NCBI GenBank assembly: GCA_035286325.1
Contig: DATHKH010000046.1
Location: 5,537 to 69,536, forward strand
DNA from: Flavobacterium sp.
Lineage (GTDB): Bacteria; Bacteroidota; Bacteroidia; Flavobacteriales; Flavobacteriaceae
DNA length: 64,000 nt
Reading direction: 5' to 3'
This document shows, piece by piece, positions 40,445 through 49,189 of the stretch (positions are counted from its first letter, which is position 1; every line of letters begins with the position of its first letter). The notes beneath the pieces are model-generated. The model was not told where the DNA came from. It saw only the letters and a list, made by a program, of their open reading frames with translations, and did no database searches. The translations under genes and the position numbers were made by a program.

Positions 40445-43051
40445 ATGAACATCAATAATTTCACAATCAAATCCCAGGAAGCGCTGCAAGCTGCCCAGCA
40501 ATTGGCGCAAAGCCTCGGCCAACAGCAGATTGAAAATGAGCACATCATGAAAGCTATTTTTGAAGTCGACGAAAATGTATCGCCATTCCTGCTGAAAAAG
40601 CTCAATGTCAATCTGCCGTTATTTAAGCAGATTCTCGACAGTACCATCCAAAATTTCCCAAAAGTTTCAGGCGGTGAATTGCAATTCTCGCGTGAAGCCG
40701 GAAAAACATTAAACGAAGCCGAAATCATTTCCAAAAAAATGAACGATGAATTCGTTTCGATTGAGCATTTGCTGTTGGCCATTTTCCAATCCAAAAGCAA
40801 GATTGCCCAAATCATGAAAGACCAGGGCATTACAGAAAAGGGATTGCAAGCTGCCATTGATGAATTGCGAAAAGGCGAGCGCGTGACTTCCGCATCGGCT
40901 GAAGAAACCTACAATGCATTAAACAAATACGCCAAAAACCTCAATGAACTGGCGCGAAATGGCAAACTTGACCCAGTTATCGGACGCGATGAGGAAATCC
41001 GCCGCGTGTTGCAAATACTGACCAGGAGAACGAAAAACAACCCGATGCTTGTTGGCGAACCGGGCGTGGGTAAAACCGCCATTGCCGAAGGATTGGCGCA
41101 CCGAATCGTAGATGGCGACGTTCCTGAAAACCTCAAAGACAAAATCGTTTTTTCGCTCGATATGGGCGCTTTGATTGCCGGTGCGAAATACAAAGGGGAA
41201 TTTGAGGAAAGGCTTAAATCAGTTGTAAAAGAAGTGATTTCCGCGGAAGGAGATATCGTGCTTTTTATCGACGAAATCCATACGCTTGTTGGTGCCGGCG
41301 GTGGAGAAGGAGCAATGGACGCCGCAAATATCCTAAAACCAGCTTTGGCAAGAGGCGAATTGCGGGCCATTGGCGCAACGACATTGGACGAATACCAAAA
41401 ATATTTTGAAAAAGATAAAGCGCTCGAAAGGCGTTTCCAAAAAATCATGGTCGACGAACCGGATACCGAAAGCGCGATTTCAATCCTGCGCGGTATCAAG
41501 GAAAAATATGAAACACACCACAAGGTGCGGATCAAAGACGAGGCGATTATCGCTTCTGTCGAATTGTCTCAGCGCTACATCACGTCACGCTTCTTACCCG
41601 ACAAAGCCATCGATTTAATGGACGAAGCCGCTTCAAAGCTGCGTATGGAAATCAACTCCAAGCCCGAAGAACTCGATGTTCTGGACCGCAAGATCATGCA
41701 GCTCGAAATCGAGATTGAAGCCATCAAGCGCGAGAATGATGAAAGCAAAATCAAAATTTTAGGTTTGGATTTGGCGAACATGAAAGAAGAACGCAACGAA
41801 ATTTATGCAAGGTGGAAATCGGAAAAAGATGTCGTCGACAACATCCAGAACGTCAAAACCGAAATTGAGGATTTCAAGCTCGAAGCCGAACGCGCCGAAC
41901 GCGATGGCGATTACGGAAAAGTCGCGGAAATTCGTTATGGGAAAATTAAGGAAGCTCAGGAAAGGCTCGATGTCTTGCAAAAACAATTGCTCGAAAACCA
42001 AGCCGGAACTTCATTGATAAAAGAAGAAGTTACCCGCGAAGACATTGCCGAAGTCGTTGCCAAATGGACCGGAATCCCGGTCTTGAAAATGCTGCAGGGC
42101 GAACGCGAAAAGTTGCTGCATCTCGAAGACGAATTGCACAAACGCGTCGTCGGGCAGGAAGAAGCGATTGAAGCCATCAGCGATGCCGTACGCCGAAGCC
42201 GCGCGGGATTGCAGGATGCGAAAAAACCAATCGGTTCGTTCCTTTTTCTTGGAACGACAGGAGTTGGTAAAACCGAATTGGCAAAAGCGCTGGCCGAATA
42301 CCTGTTCGACGATGAAAATGCGATGACCAGGATTGACATGAGCGAATACCAGGAACGCCACAGCGTCAGCCGTTTGGTCGGCGCGCCTCCGGGATACGTC
42401 GGTTATGACGAAGGCGGACAGCTGACCGAAGCGGTAAGAAGAAAACCGTATTCCGTGGTTTTGCTTGACGAGATTGAAAAAGCGCATCCGGACACTTTCA
42501 ATATTTTATTACAGGTTCTGGATGAAGGGCGATTGACCGACAACAAAGGCCGCCTTGCCGATTTCAAGAATACGATTATCATCATGACTTCCAATATGGG
42601 AAGCGCGATCATACAGGAGAAATTCGAAAACCTGAAGGGCGGAATCGAAGCCGCGACCGAAGCTGCCAAAATAGAAGTGCTCGGGCTGCTCAAACAAACC
42701 GTGCGCCCTGAATTCATCAACCGGATCGACGAGATTGTGATGTTTACGCCATTGACAAATGAAAACATCAAGGAAATTGTCGGGCTCCAAATCAAGTCGG
42801 TGACCAAATTGTTGGCGCAGCAAAACATCACGCTCGATGCCACGCCCGAAGCGATCGACTATTTATCGCAAAAAGGCTACGACCCGCAATTCGGTGCCAG
42901 GCCAGTGAAACGCGTCATCCAGCGCGAAGTCATGAACCAGCTCTCGAAAGAAATCCTTTCGGGAAACATCAAAACCGACAGCATTGTATTGCTCGACAGC
43001 TTCGACGGCAAACTGGTGTTCAGGAACCAGACGCAGGAAGTTGAATCATAA
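40445..43051 (+). CDS. clpB: ATP-dependent chaperone ClpB
   Basis: Two AAA+ modules (GEPGVGKT, GTTGVGKT), long coiled-coil middle domain, GAPPGYVGY. Confidence 0.98.
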   Translation: MNINNFTIKSQEALQAAQQLAQSLGQQQIENEHIMKAIFEVDENVSPFLLKKLNVNLPLFKQILDSTIQNFPKVSGGELQFSREAGKTLNEAEIISKKMNDEFVSIEHLLLAIFQSKSKIAQIMKDQGITEKGLQAAIDELRKGERVTSASAEETYNALNKYAKNLNELARNGKLDPVIGRDEEIRRVLQILTRRTKNNPMLVGEPGVGKTAIAEGLAHRIVDGDVPENLKDKIVFSLDMGALIAGAKYKGEFEERLKSVVKEVISAEGDIVLFIDEIHTLVGAGGGEGAMDAANILKPALARGELRAIGATTLDEYQKYFEKDKALERRFQKIMVDEPDTESAISILRGIKEKYETHHKVRIKDEAIIASVELSQRYITSRFLPDKAIDLMDEAASKLRMEINSKPEELDVLDRKIMQLEIEIEAIKRENDESKIKILGLDLANMKEERNEIYARWKSEKDVVDNIQNVKTEIEDFKLEAERAERDGDYGKVAEIRYGKIKEAQERLDVLQKQLLENQAGTSLIKEEVTREDIAEVVAKWTGIPVLKMLQGEREKLLHLEDELHKRVVGQEEAIEAISDAVRRSRAGLQDAKKPIGSFLFLGTTGVGKTELAKALAEYLFDDENAMTRIDMSEYQERHSVSRLVGAPPGYVGYDEGGQLTEAVRRKPYSVVLLDEIEKAHPDTFNILLQVLDEGRLTDNKGRLADFKNTIIIMTSNMGSAIIQEKFENLKGGIEAATEAAKIEVLGLLKQTVRPEFINRIDEIVMFTPLTNENIKEIVGLQIKSVTKLLAQQNITLDATPEAIDYLSQKGYDPQFGARPVKRVIQREVMNQLSKEILSGNIKTDSIVLLDSFDGKLVFRNQTQEVES

Positions 43052-43079
43052 GAAAGGCCCAGGTTGGTCCCTTTTTTTT

Positions 43080-43241
43080 GGGCGTTGCCTGCGGCCGGGC
43101 TTTCCGCAGTGCGCGGCACTTTGCTGCAATCCCTAACGCGCACCCGATCATCTTCAAGTCTGCGTTAGGGATTGAAGCGGAAAGCCCGCAGAGAGGCACG
43201 AGTGAGGACTTGAAGCGGAAAGCCCGGCCGCAGGCAACGCC
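43080..43241. repeat. REP-like family B inverted doublet (B1 on +, B2 on -)
   Basis: Perfect 27-bp terminal inverted repeat GGCGTTGCCTGCGGCCGGGCTTTCCGC (43081-43107 / 43215-43241); inner CAATCCCTAACGC / GCGTTAGGGATTG. Confidence 0.9.
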
Positions 43242-43366
43242 AAAATCCAACAACCTGGCAATCTTACTCTTAACATCAAATTACCACAATTTTAATAATC
43301 ATTTAATAGCCATTTCGCATGTTGTTGGGTAACTTAGGGGAACTAATAACCACTAAACCAATTATT

Positions 43367-43495
43367 ATGAACAAGAAAGTAGCCATATTAGCGACCAACG
43401 GTTTTGAGCAAAGCGAACTGCAATCGCCAAAAGACCTTCAGGCATTCAATAGAAAAATGGTCGAAGAAATAGAAGAAGGCATCCACAATCGATAA
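43367..43495 (+). pseudogene. Internally deleted PfpI/DJ-1 (type 1 glutamine amidotransferase-like) gene, 42-aa ORF
   Basis: MNKKVAILATNGFEQSELQSPK (PfpI-like N-terminus) joined directly to DLQAFNRKMVEEIEEGIH (PfpI-like C-terminus); catalytic ICHG region absent. Confidence 0.8.
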
Positions 43496-43614
43496 GATGT
43501 AATTTATCATTCAGATGATGTAGTTTGTCGATTTTGTTCTTAAAGTTATATTAAACGACTGCATTTGAGCGTTATAATGCTGTACATTGTATATATAACA
43601 AACAACAATTAACT

Positions 43615-43830
43615 ATGGAACCTGTAAAAATTTTTTCAGGAAATGGCATTGAGGCAGGCGCTATCCAACAGTTGCTGAACGATAACAAGATTGGGACATG
43701 GACAAGGAGTACAGACAATTCTCCGATTTTAGGGGAAGGGTTTTCTGGCGCTGTGATTGAGATTTATGTCGATGCCGACATGGAAGAAAAGGCAAAATAT
43801 GTCTTGGATTTCAAGTATTTAAATGATTAG
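43615..43830 (+). CDS. Small DUF2007 / putative signal-transducing protein
   Basis: EA..I..LL.DN.I...IEIYV..D.EKA pattern; followed by a terminator. Confidence 0.7.
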   Translation: MEPVKIFSGNGIEAGAIQQLLNDNKIGTWTRSTDNSPILGEGFSGAVIEIYVDADMEEKAKYVLDFKYLND

Positions 43831-43846
43831 CCTGAAGGCTTTTATG

Positions 43847-43881
43847 AAAAAACACCACGCTTTGCAGTGGTGTTTTTTTTT
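43847..43881 (+). terminator. Intrinsic terminator
   Basis: AAAAAACACCAC...GTGGTGTTTTTTTTT. Confidence 0.8.
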
Positions 43882-43989
43882 GCTTTCCAAAAAGCGACAC
43901 GATATTTTTGAAAATAGCGGAAATTATGTATCTTCGGCAGCTATCACCAGCAGTAACCATTTTTTTTTGCTGCCGTTTTCTAAAATACA

Positions 43990-44451
43990 ATGAAAAATTA
44001 TTTACTGTTTCTTATCTTTTTCATGTGCATGACTGCTTCGGCACAAAATACGCCGGAGGAAAAAACGTATCGCACGACCGAAGTCGATATCAAGCCCGAT
44101 CTTAAAAACGGCATGTATACGCTGCGGATGTTCGTGAGCCAGAATTTTAATATCCCGGCTGAAATCAAAAACAAGAAGATTACCGTTTTTACGAGTTTTA
44201 TCATTGAGCCCGACGGCATGATGACTGATGAAAAATCATTTTACATCAGCGTAAAGGACTATATGCCTGCCGATGTTGTTGCGATCCAGACGGAAGAGCA
44301 GAAGGCCGCTGAAAGCAAGTTGTATGACGCCATGAAAGTCGAAGCCGCACGTGTTTTGTCACTGTTCAATGAAAGCTGGATTCCTGCGCAAATAGGAGGA
44401 AAGCCTGTAAAATGTTTGTACAATTATCCGATCAGCTTCAATATTGAATAG
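43990..44451 (+). CDS. Secreted protein with a TonB C-terminal-like domain
   Basis: Signal peptide; FIIEPDG, EAARVL...WIPAQIGGKPVKCLYNYPISF. Confidence 0.7.
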   Translation: MKNYLLFLIFFMCMTASAQNTPEEKTYRTTEVDIKPDLKNGMYTLRMFVSQNFNIPAEIKNKKITVFTSFIIEPDGMMTDEKSFYISVKDYMPADVVAIQTEEQKAAESKLYDAMKVEAARVLSLFNESWIPAQIGGKPVKCLYNYPISFNIE

Positions 44452-44498
44452 CTGAAGCGCAACATTTGCCGGAAAGATAAATCCTTTGATTTTAGCGA

Positions 44499-44780
44499 TT
44501 AGAATGACCGGTAAATGCGGTTGATTGGAATGCCGATGCCTTGTTTCAGGATGACGCGATTGTCGGTTACGCCCCAAACGGTAGTTTCGACTACTTTTTT
44601 GGATTGGTTGTCTTCAAAGAAAATCCTTATTTTCCCATGTTCGAGATTGCCCAAAGCCATTGCCCGGTTTAAATCGGAGCCGCGTTGGAATATTGCATCC
44701 CTGTCTTCAAGTACGTCGTTTTTTGGGAATTGTAAAGTGTCAATGGATTCTTTCTCGATGGATTCGAAATTGGTGTTCAT
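44499..44780 (-). CDS. Conserved hypothetical protein
   Basis: L.RA..LGNLEHGKI.I.F...VETTVW...GI.IPI.RI pattern; clean 93-aa ORF. Confidence 0.8.
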   Translation of the reverse strand: MNTNFESIEKESIDTLQFPKNDVLEDRDAIFQRGSDLNRAMALGNLEHGKIRIFFEDNQSKKVVETTVWGVTDNRVILKQGIGIPINRIYRSF

Positions 44781-44936
44781 AGTCCTAAGTTTATAAGTTA
44801 ATAGATTTGTTGGCAGAATAAAATTAATAAAATATATTTACCAGACAAGAGAAATGGCGAAAATGTTAAAAACAGCAAAGCCTTGGTTTCAAGGAAATTT
44901 GCCGGTTTCTCAGTCCATAAACAGCCATTATACCAT

Positions 44937-45491
44937 ATGATCAATTCCACTCCATTTCCGATACTTGAAACCGAAAGGTTATTATTGCGCCGTATCGACA
45001 CCAATGATGTCGGGCAAATCTTCCAACTCCGATCCGATCCGGAAACCATGAAATATGTGCCAAGGCCATTGGCGAAAACGAATGCCGATGCTTTGGAACA
45101 CATCGCCAATATTGAGGCTAGAATCGAATCCAATGAAGGTATAAACTGGGCAATCACACTAAAAGGCAATCCGGAATTTATAGGGATTATCGGACATTAC
45201 AGAATCAAGCCGGAACATTTCCGCGCAGAAATCGGCTATATGCTATTGCCGGAATTCCACAACCGCGGCATCATCAGCGAAGCCGTTGCGGAAGTCGTGC
45301 GCTATGGATTTGAGCAAATGGACCTGCATTCCATCGAGGCGATTATCGACCCTGAAAATCAGGCTTCCGCCAAAGTGTTGGAAAACAATCATTTTGTAAA
45401 AGAAGCACATTTGAAGGAAAATGAGTTTTATGACGGGAAGTTTTTGGATACGGTGATTTATTCGCTTTTGAAAAGCAATTGGACCCAATAA
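44937..45491 (+). CDS. RimJ/RimL-type GNAT acetyltransferase
   Basis: PILETERLLLR, AEIGYML, N.AS.KVLE. Confidence 0.9.
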   Translation: MINSTPFPILETERLLLRRIDTNDVGQIFQLRSDPETMKYVPRPLAKTNADALEHIANIEARIESNEGINWAITLKGNPEFIGIIGHYRIKPEHFRAEIGYMLLPEFHNRGIISEAVAEVVRYGFEQMDLHSIEAIIDPENQASAKVLENNHFVKEAHLKENEFYDGKFLDTVIYSLLKSNWTQ

Positions 45492-45524
45492 AAAAGGTTT
45501 GAAAATCTCTTTTCCAAACCTTTT
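45492..45524. terminator. Bidirectional terminator
   Basis: AAAAGGTTTGAAAA/TTTCCAAACCTTTT between convergent genes. Confidence 0.7.
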
Positions 45525-45566
45525 CACCAAAACAAAATAAAATTATATTGTTTTTGCTGTTTGCCG

Positions 45567-45926
45567 CTAATTTTTCGGCTTGGCAGGTTCGCCTACATTT
45601 CCGCTTGTCGCTGAACCGCTTCCGCTTCCGGGCATGGCTGTACCACTAGTTCCGTCTGTTGTAGTTCCCGATGGTTCTGTTGGACTGTCAGGGGTCGTTT
45701 GGGCCGGGTCTTTGGTATCGCTTCCTTTTGTTTTGCTTTTCCGGGTTGTGGCCGTAGTGGTAGTTTTGCCATCACTTTTCGTAGTTTTCATATCCTTATC
45801 CTTGCCGTTGTGAACTTTTGTAGTGGATTTGGTATGTGTTTTTGATTTTGTAGACGTACTGTCTGTCTGCGCTGAAGCAACGGCAAAAGCCATAAAAGCA
45901 CACAGCATAAAGATGATTTTTTTCAT
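45567..45926 (-). CDS. Secreted low-complexity (T/K/S/G-rich) protein
   Basis: Signal peptide ending AVASA; probably disordered mature region. Confidence 0.75.
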   Translation of the reverse strand: MKKIIFMLCAFMAFAVASAQTDSTSTKSKTHTKSTTKVHNGKDKDMKTTKSDGKTTTTATTRKSKTKGSDTKDPAQTTPDSPTEPSGTTTDGTSGTAMPGSGSGSATSGNVGEPAKPKN

Positions 45927-46285
45927 GTCATTGCATTTTAATTATTATTAGTTACTTAAAGTTAGCGTAGTTTTTCACTAGCCATTTTAAAATTGGGTTT
46001 TCATTTAGAGTTATTTAACGTGGGTTTTAGAAGTCTTATTAAATTGTGGTTAAAGTTGAGGAAGAAGTGTTAAATAAAGCACTGTATTTCAATAGGGTAG
46101 CTGGATTATCCGGCCAAAAAACGGTGGATATATATATTTCAGTTGAAGTTTTTGATTGAAAAATTGGAGGATCGTTAATAGATTGAACCGCTTTGAAAAT
46201 ACTTAAAAGAAGAAAATACTAAAAGTGTACTATTGGTGATATTAGACCGGATTGCATATCCAGAATAAACTCCGCAGTGGAAATG

Positions 46286-46331
46286 AAACCAATCAATCAA
46301 TCAAAGATTGATTGATTGGTTTTTTATTTTT
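46286..46331 (+). terminator. Orphan terminator-like hairpin built from (AATC)n/(GATT)n
   Basis: Perfect 17-bp stem 46286-46302 / 46306-46322, AAA loop, then T-rich tail. Confidence 0.75.
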
Positions 46332-46374
46332 AAATGAATTTTATGAGCGAGGTCAACATTTATTTTTAAAAATA

Positions 46375-46401
46375 AAAAACCCACACAAAAGTGTGGGTTT
46401 T
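46375..46401 (-). terminator. Terminator downstream of the tRNA
   Basis: AAAACCCACAC-AAAA-GTGTGGGTTTT. Confidence 0.8.
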
Positions 46402-46411
46402 CATTCTTAAG

Positions 46412-46485
46412 TGACCTCGACTGGATTCAAACCAGTAACCTCTTGAGCCGTAATCAAGTGCGCTATTCAGTTGCGCCACGAGGCC
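46412..46485 (-). tRNA. tRNA-Arg (anticodon ACG)
   Basis: GGCCTCG/CGAGGTC acceptor stem; CTTGA-TTACGGC-TCAAG anticodon arm; GGTTTGAATCC T arm; CCA not encoded; TATATTTG box upstream. Confidence 0.96.
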
Positions 46486-46625
46486 TTTATACCTCACTTT
46501 ACTCTATTTTTAATCGGAGTTCGGTGAACGCTGTTTGAGGGTGCAAATATATTCATTTTTGGATAGTTTCCAAAGCAAACTTTTAATTACTTTAAAATTT
46601 TTTCAAAGCAGGAAAGCTTGCGGAA

Positions 46626-46772
46626 TCATTTCTTTTCCAAAGCCCTGATCGTCACATAATACCGCCAGGCAATCAATGCAAGTTCCCATTTCTTGGCTTT
46701 GGCCATATCCAATTGCCGCCTCGTAAATGAGGGCAGCAGCAGCTTATTGATTTTAGCAAGGAATTGAAACAT
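46626..46772 (-). CDS. Small basic conserved protein (48 aa)
   Basis: MFQFLAKINKLLLPSFTRRQLDMAKAKKWELALIAWRYYVTIRALEKK; TATATTTG box just upstream. Confidence 0.7.
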   Translation of the reverse strand: MFQFLAKINKLLLPSFTRRQLDMAKAKKWELALIAWRYYVTIRALEKK

Positions 46773-46834
46773 TGGAATAAATTGGCAAACAAATATATAA
46801 AAAAGGCTGCCCAACCAGGCAGCCTTCAAAGGTG

Positions 46835-48718
46835 TTATTTTTTCTTCTGTTCCGCTTTCTCTTTTTCAAGTTCGGCTTTTTCTTTTTCAAGCTCGAGTTT
46901 CGCCTGCTTGATTTCTTCACGGGCTTGTTCCATTTCTTTCCGGGCTTGTTCCATTTCCCTTTTCGCATCTTCCATTTGCGGCCTGGCTTTCCTCATTTCG
47001 ATTCTTGCCCTTTCCATCTCAGGACGCGCTCTTCTCATGCCTTCACGGGCTTTTTCCATCGCTTCTGCGGTGATTTTTTTTGTATCGATTACAATGACGC
47101 CATCTTTGCCGTTTTTGCCATAAGCATAGGCATAACCTTTGGCCTGGTCGCCTTTCAATACATTCATTTGTGCAATGGTTTCAGGGTCCAGTTTATCCAT
47201 ATCTTCGCTGGAAATAATTTTCCCGTCAACGATGACCATCGGTTTCCCGTCGCCTTTTTTGATGATAATTGTTTTTCCATTGTGATTGCCACCTGGCATT
47301 TCAGGAAGTTCAGGCAATTCTGCCAGTTCCGGTAACTCAGGCAATTCAGGTAATTCAGGTAATTCCGGCATTTCAAATGCCAATCCATCGGTATTGAATG
47401 TGAAGTCAAAATCCTCGTCATCGTTTTCGCCCGAAGCATTGTCATCATGGTTAGACGACTTGTTCCTTAGACCGTATCCTTTTACATAAACCTCTTTTGG
47501 ATCCTCAAAAAAGCCAATCTTACCTTTGCCATACATATCGATATCCCTGATGAAATGAATGGGCCTGATTGGCGTGTCTCCCGAAATATTCTTGGTTTGC
47601 TGGTTTCCGAGTTTGTCCTTGTATGATATCCTTATTGCTGTGATTTCGCCGTTTGCATTTCTTTTTATTTTTGAAAATTTAAAAGTAATTCCGGATTTCT
47701 TCATTGCCGCGGCATTGTCCTTAAATTCTTTGTCGGAAGTATTTTTGTCCCAAGTCATATCGGTAACTTCCCTTGAAGACATAGAAACCGTAGAGCCATC
47801 TTCCAGCAGGATTTGTTTTTCCTGGGCTACGACATTCACCTGGAAATAAAACATAAACGCTGCCAACGCCGGAATGATTAATAAGTACTTCCAGGAATTC
47901 CATTTTTTCGACTGATTTTTGTTTAACATAACGATTCGCTTTTTGATTAATGATTGATAAAAATGATTGGTAATATCAACACAATTTTCATGTGCCGTAA
48001 CTTTCAGTAAGGTGATTTGGTATGATTTTTTAGCTACGCTCTGTTCGGCTTCGCCTCGAGTGTCGGATATTTTTTTGAGTGCCTCGCTGTCAGCTATGAA
48101 TTCCAGGTTCTGCAATATGGATTTTTTATACATCCATACAAATGGATTGAACCAAAACACAATGCAATACAACCTCGCAAACAACACATCCAAAGTATGG
48201 TTCTGGTTGCTGTGCACTTTTTCGTGCTCCAAAATATTGTCGAGTTCCGAACTGCTGTACAACGACGAGTTGAAAACAATATAATTGAAATAGGAGAAAG
48301 GCGAAATGTTCTCATTCGTATCCACAAACCTGAAATCTGCCTGTTGGTAAACCTTTTTGCCCTTCAGTACTTTTTTCAGGGAATAGAAATCAGTAAAGAA
48401 GCGGATTAAAAATGCCGTAATTCCAATCCCGTAAACAATTCCCAAAACCAAAAGCCAATTGATTTCCACGCCTTGCTGGGCTTGCGGCGCATATATTTCA
48501 ACAGGGACATTATTCCAGTCGACCTGTGGCCGTGCATCGACCAAAATCACTTTTTTAAAAGTAACTAATGGCAAAATAACCGCTGTAACTAACCCGAATA
48601 ACAAATACCACCGGTTACTTTTAAAAAAGGTCTCTTTGCGCAGCAAAAAATAGTAGCCAAGCCAGAACACGGCAATCAGCGCGCCCGATTTGATGAGGTA
48701 AACAAACAGCATTTCCAT
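46835..48718 (-). CDS. M56 (BlaR1/MecR1-type) metallopeptidase signal transducer, carrying a 10-aa in-frame insertion
   Basis: N-terminal TM segments, PFSYFNYI, HEKVH zinc motif, WFNP, EFIAD, KKRIVML; follows a BlaI-type gene. Confidence 0.92.
   Translation of the reverse strand: MEMLFVYLIKSGALIAVFWLGYYFLLRKETFFKSNRWYLLFGLVTAVILPLVTFKKVILVDARPQVDWNNVPVEIYAPQAQQGVEINWLLVLGIVYGIGITAFLIRFFTDFYSLKKVLKGKKVYQQADFRFVDTNENISPFSYFNYIVFNSSLYSSSELDNILEHEKVHSNQNHTLDVLFARLYCIVFWFNPFVWMYKKSILQNLEFIADSEALKKISDTRGEAEQSVAKKSYQITLLKVTAHENCVDITNHFYQSLIKKRIVMLNKNQSKKWNSWKYLLIIPALAAFMFYFQVNVVAQEKQILLEDGSTVSMSSREVTDMTWDKNTSDKEFKDNAAAMKKSGITFKFSKIKRNANGEITAIRISYKDKLGNQQTKNISGDTPIRPIHFIRDIDMYGKGKIGFFEDPKEVYVKGYGLRNKSSNHDDNASGENDDEDFDFTFNTDGLAFEMPELPELPELPELPELAELPELPEMPGGNHNGKTIIIKKGDGKPMVIVDGKIISSEDMDKLDPETIAQMNVLKGDQAKGYAYAYGKNGKDGVIVIDTKKITAEAMEKAREGMRRARPEMERARIEMRKARPQMEDAKREMEQARKEMEQAREEIKQAKLELEKEKAELEKEKAEQKKK
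47294..47374 (-). repeat. Coding 9-bp tandem repeat (ELP)x9
   Basis: EMP ELP ELP ELP ELP ELA ELP ELP EMP. Confidence 0.85.
48032..48061 (-). mobile_element. Micro-insertion element copy M5 (30 bp), in-frame in the M56 gene
   Basis: ACTCGAGGCGAAGCCGAACAGAGCGTAGCT encoding TRGEAEQSVA within KKISD^KKSYQ. Confidence 0.8.
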
Positions 48719-48722
48719 ATGC

Positions 48723-49079
48723 TTATTTTTTTTCGATTAATGCCAATATCTCACGCAGCTCTTCAGCCGAAATTTTCTCTTCCTTCGCAAAAAAGGATAC
48801 CATATTCTTATACGAGCTGCCAAAATAATTGTCAATCGCCGTACTCATAAACGCCTTTCTGTAATCCTCGATTTTCACGGCCGGAAAATACTGGTGCGTA
48901 TTCCCATAAGCCGTATGCGACACATAACCTTTTTCTTCAAGGTTGCGCACAATCGTCGACAATGTATTGTAATGTGGTTGGTCTTCAGTGATTTCTGCGA
49001 GGATGTCTTTCACAAAAGCCTTTTTCAGCTTCCATAAAATGTGCATGATTTCTTCTTCTTTGTTCGTGAGCTTTTGCAT
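48723..49079 (-). CDS. BlaI/MecI/CopY family transcriptional repressor
   Basis: LTNKEEEIM.ILW, YNTLSTIVRNLEEKGYV, YFGSSYKNMVSFF. Confidence 0.95.
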   Translation of the reverse strand: MQKLTNKEEEIMHILWKLKKAFVKDILAEITEDQPHYNTLSTIVRNLEEKGYVSHTAYGNTHQYFPAVKIEDYRKAFMSTAIDNYFGSSYKNMVSFFAKEEKISAEELREILALIEKK

Positions 49080-49092
49080 AGTTTTATTATTT

Positions 49093-49174
49093 GGGCGTTT
49101 CCCTGCGGGTCAGGCTTTCGGCTCCATCTTTTTTTCATTCTTCAAAAAAAGATGCCGCCTCAATCCTTAACGCA
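49093..49174 (+). repeat. REP-like family B copy B3 (B-type ends, A-type core) in the blaI leader
   Basis: GGGCGTTTCCCTGCGGGTCAGGCTTTCGGCTCCATCTTTTTTT...AAAAAAAGATGCCGCCTCAATCCTTAACGCA. Confidence 0.8.
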
Positions 49175-49189
49175 GTCTGTAACACAATC

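Noticed and set aside
40909-42843. Long antisense ORFs over clpB (and similarly over recN, glyA, coaBC and the exonuclease)
   Set aside because: Shadow ORFs expected from codon bias opposite conserved genes; they have no independent motifs or start signals.
42877-43332. ORFs 42877-43143, 43020-43253 and 43078-43332 with mirrored peptides (GVACGRAFR / RKARPQATPK)
   Set aside because: These are translations of the palindromic REP doublet on both strands, not genes.
46330-46485. tRNA-Arg as the integration site of a genomic island
   Set aside because: No integrase nearby, and I saw no duplicated tRNA 3' end elsewhere in the window.
46626-46772. Calling the 48-aa ORF an SsrA-binding protein, a label I recall for similar small proteins
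   Set aside because: It has no SmpB motifs; the real smpB is at 31844-32302.
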